Below are positions 56,651-64,000 of a stretch of DNA of 64,000 nucleotides, in pieces. Below the pieces are notes generated by a model. That model was not told the DNA's origin and did no database searches. It worked only from the letters and a program-made list of their open reading frames with translations. The stretch is from the human T2T-CHM13v2.0 reference genome, Homo sapiens. A program made the translations under genes and the position numbers. The stretch's first letter is position 1; the number at the start of each line of letters is the position of its first letter. Where the stretch lies: positions 25,216,001-25,280,000 of the forward strand of contig CP068257.2 of the NCBI GenBank assembly GCA_009914755.4. The letters run 5' to 3'.

Positions 56651-59600
56651 ACCCCAATAACTGGATTGTAATCTTGTTCATTCTGCTTATAGGCCTAACA
56701 TGGTAGCCTTTCTAATAATCCACTCTAGATTGAGATTATTCCTTGTTTTCGTGTGTACATTCATTTTCTATTACTACCATAACAAATGCCAATCATTCAG
56801 CATCTTTACCAAACCTATTTATAATATCACAGTTCATAGATATCTAAGCTCAGCAGAGCTCAGCTGGGCCTCTGCTCTGGGTTTACAAGGCTGGAACCAA
56901 GGTATCAGCAGTGCTGCATTCCTTTCTAGAAGATCTAAGGATGAATCCGATTCCAACAAACTCCTTCATGTTTTAGCTAGAATTCATTTGTTTTGAAGTT
57001 GTAGAACTGAGGTTCTCATTTCCCTGCTGGCTGTCCCATTGGCCAGGTGTCATTCTCAGCTTTCTAGACACTGCCTGAATCCTTTTGATCCCTTTCTTCA
57101 TCTTCCTAGCCAGCAGTGGAGCATGGACTCCTTCTCATGCTTGGAGTTCCTCTAACTTCCCCTTCTGCCTTTCTCTTCTGCTTTTAAGAGTTCATGTGAT
57201 TAAACTGGGCTCTCAAATTAATCCAGACTAATCTTCCTATTTTAAGGTTTGTTGGTTATAAACATTAATTCCATATCCACAGTATTTTCACAGCAGTACC
57301 TCAATTTGTGTTTGATTGAATGACCAAGAGACAGGAACTATGGGGGCACATCTTTAGAATCCTGTCTTCCACTTTGGTGTCATACCAGGAACTGAAGATC
57401 TGTCTTTGAATCAAGTAACCAGGTTCTTGCTACTACCCATCTACCATGGCTCCTCTACTTCTTGGGCCTAAACTTGGCTTGATTTTTTTCTAAAATTTTT
57501 TTTTTAAACAGCATTACTTGTTAAAAATATTTATATACCCACATTTTGCCATTTTGCAGAGACATCATCAACTATTTCCTGAACCCTTTAATAATTATTA
57601 TTTGACTGGGTTGCCATCAATTTATTGATTCAGTCATTTATTCAACAAGTACTTATTGAATGCCAGGTACCTTCTTAGGAGCTGGTAATACAGCAATGAT
57701 ACAAAATAAAGAGTATGGTCTCAAAGTATGTACATTTCTACATCTGGTTATATGATAGGGATAACAGACTTATACAAACGAGGATATGGTGAAATTTCAG
57801 GAATTTACAAGTGACATGAACAAAAATGAAGGAGAAATGTGTCTATTTAATTTAGGGTGGTCAGGAATGGACTCTCTGAGGGATAACATTTAAGTACAGA
57901 CTTGAAGGAAGCCAGGAAGCCAGTGTATATCTGGAGAAGAGCGTTTTAGGCAAAAGATTCTGGAAAAGGTTTAAACTTGATGCCGTAAAGAGTAGCAGAG
58001 AGGCAAAGTAGCTGGGGAGTGAACCAAGGGGTAAGAAAAGGAGGGAAAATCAGACAGGTCGGTGGTATCAGATCCTGTGGGGCCTTGAAGCCTGTGGAAA
58101 GAAGATTGTTTCCTACTTTCAGTGAGTTAGTAAGGTGTTGGAGAATATTTGGCAGAGGATTTAAATGATCTCACTTAAAGCTTTTCATTATTAGTCTAGC
58201 TGCTGAAGGCAGCAAGAAGTCCCATAAAGAGGCATTTGCTGTTGTTCAGGATAGAAAAGATTAAAGGATTCTACTCAAGTGGTAGCAGTGTAGGAGCTAT
58301 GAACTGGCTGGTCTTAACATAATCTTAAAAAAAGAGACATCTATTGCTTGTTCTCATATACTAATATTCTGTCTGACACTCTTATAGCTGGTCATAGTCA
58401 GGCACTTCCTTTGAGTGTTCAAAGCAACATCTTTGAACAGAGGGATGGTAAAGGAGCTTGACAGTAAAGAAACAATCTAGGTGGAATCTTTACAATGTCT
58501 AGTAGGTAGCAGACATATTTGGAAGATGAAGAGGTTAATGCTTCTCAAAGTTTTGTAGATAAAATACTCTTTTTAAAATCTAAAACTGGCTCAGCCACTA
58601 TTTTTGGAAGCAGTCTACTTATAAGTGATTAAGAAATATTTTCCCATGCTTTCCAAGATTTAGATGCTTCTTATAGTAAATAACAACAATAAAAAGCCCA
58701 TAATTCCAATTGAAAGCAAATCCCAAAGGAGGCTTAGTAGGGAGACAAAGCATTGGAGGTAGCTAGAAGTAGAAGGAGAAATCTATATTACAGAAAATCT
58801 TATGAATGTACATTGGAGTGAGGTCTTGGGCTAGGTACTGCCCCAGATGGTTAATCATTCTGGCATCGTGTCTCCTTATGTGACAGACATGGATAGGAAC
58901 TAGAAAAAGCAGGGCTATTCTACTATACTCCCTCACCTGTATCTACATAATGACATATAATCATTTATTTTGTGGGAATTTAATTTAACAGAATTTAATT
59001 GAACAGATAAAACACTCAATAATATATCAGAAAAGACCCAACAGAATCTGAGAAATAGAGATGATTTGGACTTCACAAACATCTAGAGTTCCATTTCTAA
59101 GCATCCCCTTTGTTCATTCTACTCCTAATCCAAAAGCTATCCCCATTACCACTTTTATGCCTTTGACCTTGTCTGACCCAACTCATTTCCAGCTGTGAAG
59201 GAGTTTGTAAGGTAAAATACCAAACTCTTTTTTGAAAAACTCTTACCAGCAATTTCTTAGTTTTCTACATCAAATTATCTCTCCTCTTTCCTTAAACAAC
59301 AATCTTCTGTGCTACCTTCAGCTCCTGGCTCTATCCTTACTGCTTGCCTAATTCTTCATAGTTTCCTTAACATTTTCATTGGAATTTTAGGAATGTTCTT
59401 GCTTTTACTCAGGGGGCCTACACATTAGGCGTAAACACTTCCCTCCATTTCTCTAATCTCCCAGTCAATCCTTCAACCACCCTGCAATCTCTCGCTCAGA
59501 TTCACTTTTGCACCAACCTAATAGCTAATAATTAATGGCTATCATATTGTGACTGTTATCTGTAACATGGAATCTTAATACCAGTATCACAAGAGCCAAA

Positions 59601-62600
59601 GGGCATGGAGAGAAATTTGTGGTAGAAAGTTTGTGGGGTGATTACCACAGGGCCTAACTCAATGAGATGTTGAACAAATCTTAGCTATATTTTGATAGCT
59701 AGTGTGTATGTATATATTATACCATCTTTTTAAAAATATAGATGTTTTAAATCATTTCTTTAAAAGCATACATCCTCCTAAGGAGAAAATTTAAAGTACC
59801 GCCATTCTACAATACTGTTTGATAGGGAAATTCAGCATTTGAAATGTACGCTAAAAAGTAATGATTCCAGGTTTAAAAAGAATTAATGCTCCTAGGAAGC
59901 TTAATGTTATAAATGTTATAAAATAGACTTTTGCTAGTCAATTTCAGGTTGTTTTTTTTTTTTAAATTTCTATGCTTGCATTATTATCTCAACTCTTTAA
60001 CTTTGTATCTGGACTAAGTTTAGACATAAAAATTAAAAATGAAGCAGTAGATTATGTTGCTTGCTGTTTCTAATTTAACACCAGAATTTTAATAGTATGC
60101 AATCTTCAAGGGTTGGTAGTCTGGTAAAAACTTGAAGCAATAGTTTCATAGAACTTTAACTAAGATAAAGTATTAATTGTCTATGCCAAAGAGGGTGAGC
60201 AATGATAGAGATTATAAAGAGCCTAGGGCTTCCCTGAGACCCAGCTTGGTGCTACCACTGTTAAGAGAAAATTAAAAATAAATGAACAATAGTTTCCAAC
60301 TCTAAAACATATTATATGCAGTACATACTTTAACCTAGTTTACAATTTATATTTATTATGCCCACTGAACCCACAAAAGCAGTGTTTAATTTTACAGTTT
60401 AAAGTCACACATAGGGAAATGCTTTACAAAATAGGATATTGTTCCTCAATGAAAATATTACAGTATAGGTCCCAAACGGCTCAGTTCAAGTCTTTTACCT
60501 GAATAACAGAGCTGTTGTGGAATGCAGGCTACAAGACACAGTAATGCTTTAAATAGTTGATTAAGATTTGAAGGTTGCCAAAGCTGAGAGACATTTTAAA
60601 CAAGACCCGTCTTAGTTTTCCAAGATTTTTGGTTTTTCAACTGCATTATATACCATTGCTTCTGGAAAATTGAGGGTAATAAGCAGCGTACATTTTACAT
60701 CTTATATACAGTATGTAAATCTTCAATGATTTTCTCTACCATCAAAGCAAGTTTCAAGGTTTAAAAATCTGTTATACGTACTTAGGTTTATTACTTGACT
60801 TTACTCACAGACTCTAATATAGAAACCAAATATTTATGCAATTGCTTCTATCAAATGCAACATATTTCTTCAGTCTATTTAGTTATCTGCAAAGTCTATT
60901 TACAAAGCATATGTATGATTTCCTCTGACTAATAGGTCATACAAATACGTAAGTAGTGTTTTTCAACTCGTAATTGTAGCAAGATGAGCCATCAAGGTTT
61001 ACGTTGTGCCTGAGTGTATAATGCAAAAATACCATCCAGAGATTATATATTTCTTAATCAAAAGTCTAGCTTTACAAAGTCACATACAGTGTGTTCTTCT
61101 ATTGTAAATATACTCTCAGTATAGGTAGACGTGTTTCTAATATATTGTGAGTTGTTAAAGAAAAGGCTGAGATATAGTCACCAAGTGTTTACCAATAACA
61201 TAAATTATTGCAAAGCTTGAAAAAAAATCAGGCCAAATATACACGACAGTTTGAATGGAATGCTGAGGACTTAGTGAATGCTGAAATATGACTCATCTAA
61301 AAGTCTGCTACTCCGGCCTGATGCTCCTCAAATTTTAATGACCCCTTAAATGTCCTCAGATGCACATGCAGTTTACGTCACTGACCACTGTTGGTCAAAA
61401 CAATCATTGGATGTGCTTATTTTTCAAATTTTGAGTATCAAGTTGTGCCCTACCGTGACACAAAGCTTAGAGGTCTTTCTTGCAAACTGTAAAATCATGT
61501 AGAAAAATAGTAACTCAAAAATACCACATTTGACAGTCGGTCACGAAAGATGTTAGCACCTCAATAAAAATTAGAATTGTTCATTGGGTGTGCCAAAGGA
61601 AAGTGGAAAAAAATTAAAAAGCATGCCCTGTTTTTTATTTGTTTTTTTTTTTTTTCCTACAAATCACAGTTTTCCTCACAGTGTTAGACTTTTAGGTCAC
61701 TCTGATGTAGCAGTACCTTACAGGATGAGGGGCCACTGCTCGTTTTTTCCATTTGACCTTTACAGTCCACATGGTCCAGTTAGTTGAAGCCACAAAATAA
61801 AGACCAGAGACAGCAAAATTATTGCTAATGTGCAACTATATTAGTAGAATGCAATTAACTGGGCTAACTAATGTGTATGTTAATGTCTTTTTTTTTTTCA
61901 AAACCAACATCATCTAACAACATATTCTTTTAGTTTTTCCATAAAACCTGCATTGAGAATGATATCATAGCCCCAGGCAGGCATTTACCAGACTGAATGT
62001 TTTGCTGATCTGAACACTACCTGTATTCCAATTTTTTGGCTAATGCATGGTTTTGTATTTCAATATGTTCTCATACATTAAATAAATGAAACACAATTAT
62101 ACATTATAGAGTTTATATGCATCATGATGATATAATTTGAGAAATTATCTCTATAGATTATGCTAACAAAGGATTCTTAGGAAGATTTTTCAATGTACTA
62201 GCCAGTTAAGTTGATCTATCTGTTTGATAACCTAAAACTATAGATTGTTGGCAAATGAGAAAAATAATAGGGAAAACATACAAGTTCCTTTTCTGTGTGT
62301 CTAAATGATACATTGTCTTGAATTTGGTTCTATTAAAGCTTTAAATGACCATTTCTGTACACATGGCTATTTCATTTATTTAGTAGTTTTGAAATGTTAG
62401 CAAATATAAGGTATTTGTAAAGCATCTTTCATTATAAAGAGATTAGTAATATTCACCAATCATGCCAATGAGATTATACACTCTGCCAAAGACTACTAGA
62501 AAAATTTGATCATTATTAAATTCAATGTTATTTGACAGTGTGAACTCTATGTAACAGCACAAATTCTGGACTTTGAATCTGGCTGCTGTCCTCACCTGAA

Positions 62601-64000
62601 CCATTAAAATGACCTTGTTAACAAGGAAGGAATCAATGGGGAAATATCACAACCAGAGATTGGCTGTGTGTCCAAGGGTGCTTTGTCTTGTTGCCAGGAT
62701 CAGACTGTGAAATCACAGAGGCAAGCTGATGTCATCAGAGGTGACTCTGCCTATTTCAAGTCCTATAATCACCCCATGGGATTCAACAGCAGTAGGAAAA
62801 CATCACATTCTCTTAATGGACACCCCATATTTGTAGAAACAGTTATGACTATTAGCATTTGTTATACAAACCCAATCTATTTGTGCTCATCTGTAGAATC
62901 CTACAGACACTAGAGACTAAATGATATTAATTTTAGGAGGTGTTTCTAAAGGAGAAACAGACAACATTTGGTTTTATTATCGTTTGTATCCCTCAGAAGT
63001 TGTGTGTAGACAACTTTCATCTAATACATCAATATCGACTTGTCCAAGTTTCTCGATGAAGTGAAAGGATCTGATTATTGGCTGTGTCTTAGCGTCTGTA
63101 GGAAGCTTCTAGGCTATTTGTGTACCCAAATTTAAAACTTGCACCTTGTTTCATTGAATAAGTGTTTTTCTTATTTGTGACTTGGAAAAATTAGTGTTAA
63201 TGTGATGTAAAAGACCTATTATCATAGGCACAAGTAATGAACACTATTGGTCATGACAGATTAAAATTTCCTTGGAAAGAAAAATGATAGTATCAGAATA
63301 AGAATACATGAGGAATATATACATATACACCTGCTTCACACAGAAAGCTTTCTGTAAAAAAATACAAAAGCAACCAGTGCTGTATATTATGTAAACTCAC
63401 AAAGTGTAAAAGTGTACTTTATACACAAACATGAAGCATAAATTAAAAAGTAGGACAACAGCAAAACATTTTAAATATAGAAAAATTTGAACATATTTTT
63501 GTTAAATAAGAATAAATAATTTTATCACACAAATTCACATACCAGTTGCAAAAACAATAAATTACTTTTTTTCAGTGCTGCAACTTTTTTTTTGTTTGTG
63601 ATTTATCCCCTAATTCCTAGTTTAGTGGGATAAAACTGTTTCCACAGGAAGGCAAAGGAACATAAATTTATTGAATAAATTATAACAATGCCCACATATT
63701 TCTAAACAGCAAGGCAGGGCTTAATTTAAATTTTTCTGATCTAGAAGAAATAAATGTCATTTTTTCTGGCTCCCTTTGTACTTAATAAAACTTATTATGG
63801 AGTGCTTAGTTATGTAAGTGAGATTAGATTCTTACAAACCTGAGCATTTTCAGACGAATTCTTTTTTTTTTTTTTTTTTTAAAGAAGTAGCCCCTAGCAT
63901 CCTGAATTCTAGACATTTTAAAAAATTCAAGATGCAACAATGGAAAGGTGAAAGACAGTACGAAGTCAAAGTGGACTGACTTAGATTGAGTTGTATAGAA

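Overview
This window is primate (almost certainly human) nuclear DNA, not a prokaryotic locus. It is AT-rich and packed with Alu, L1, MaLR/THE1 and HERV sequences. No operons, CRISPR arrays or defence-island-like systems are present. I could not support any host protein-coding exon, and there is no CpG island. Nearly every ORF in the supplied track is a translation of a transposable element or a microsatellite, so the region is most plausibly intergenic or deep intronic. Main content, in order: (1) positions 1 to about 4440 hold a 5'-truncated HERV-W (ERVW) provirus. It has gag, an in-frame stop, then pro-pol in gammaretroviral read-through layout. An internal deletion fuses RNase H directly to the env TM domain, which is syncytin-1-like, and a 3' LTR follows. 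(2) About 11 Alu copies or fragments, several with clear target-site duplications (TSDs). (3) A cluster of MaLR LTRs: four THE1/MST, two MLT1, and three copies of another ancient LTR family. (4) A young L1PA insertion at 38.7-40.8 kb with an inverted 5' segment and 13-bp TSDs, as expected for twin priming, nested in an old L1 that also carries a THE1 solo LTR. Other findings are a 39-nt U2 snRNA 5' retro-fragment with 10-bp direct repeats, a 580-bp local duplication whose distal 255 bp is inverted, a perfect 29-bp direct repeat flanking a 2.7-kb composite block, and Z-DNA and H-DNA prone simple repeats. All family assignments rest on my recollection of consensus sequences and motifs and should be confirmed with RepeatMasker or Dfam.
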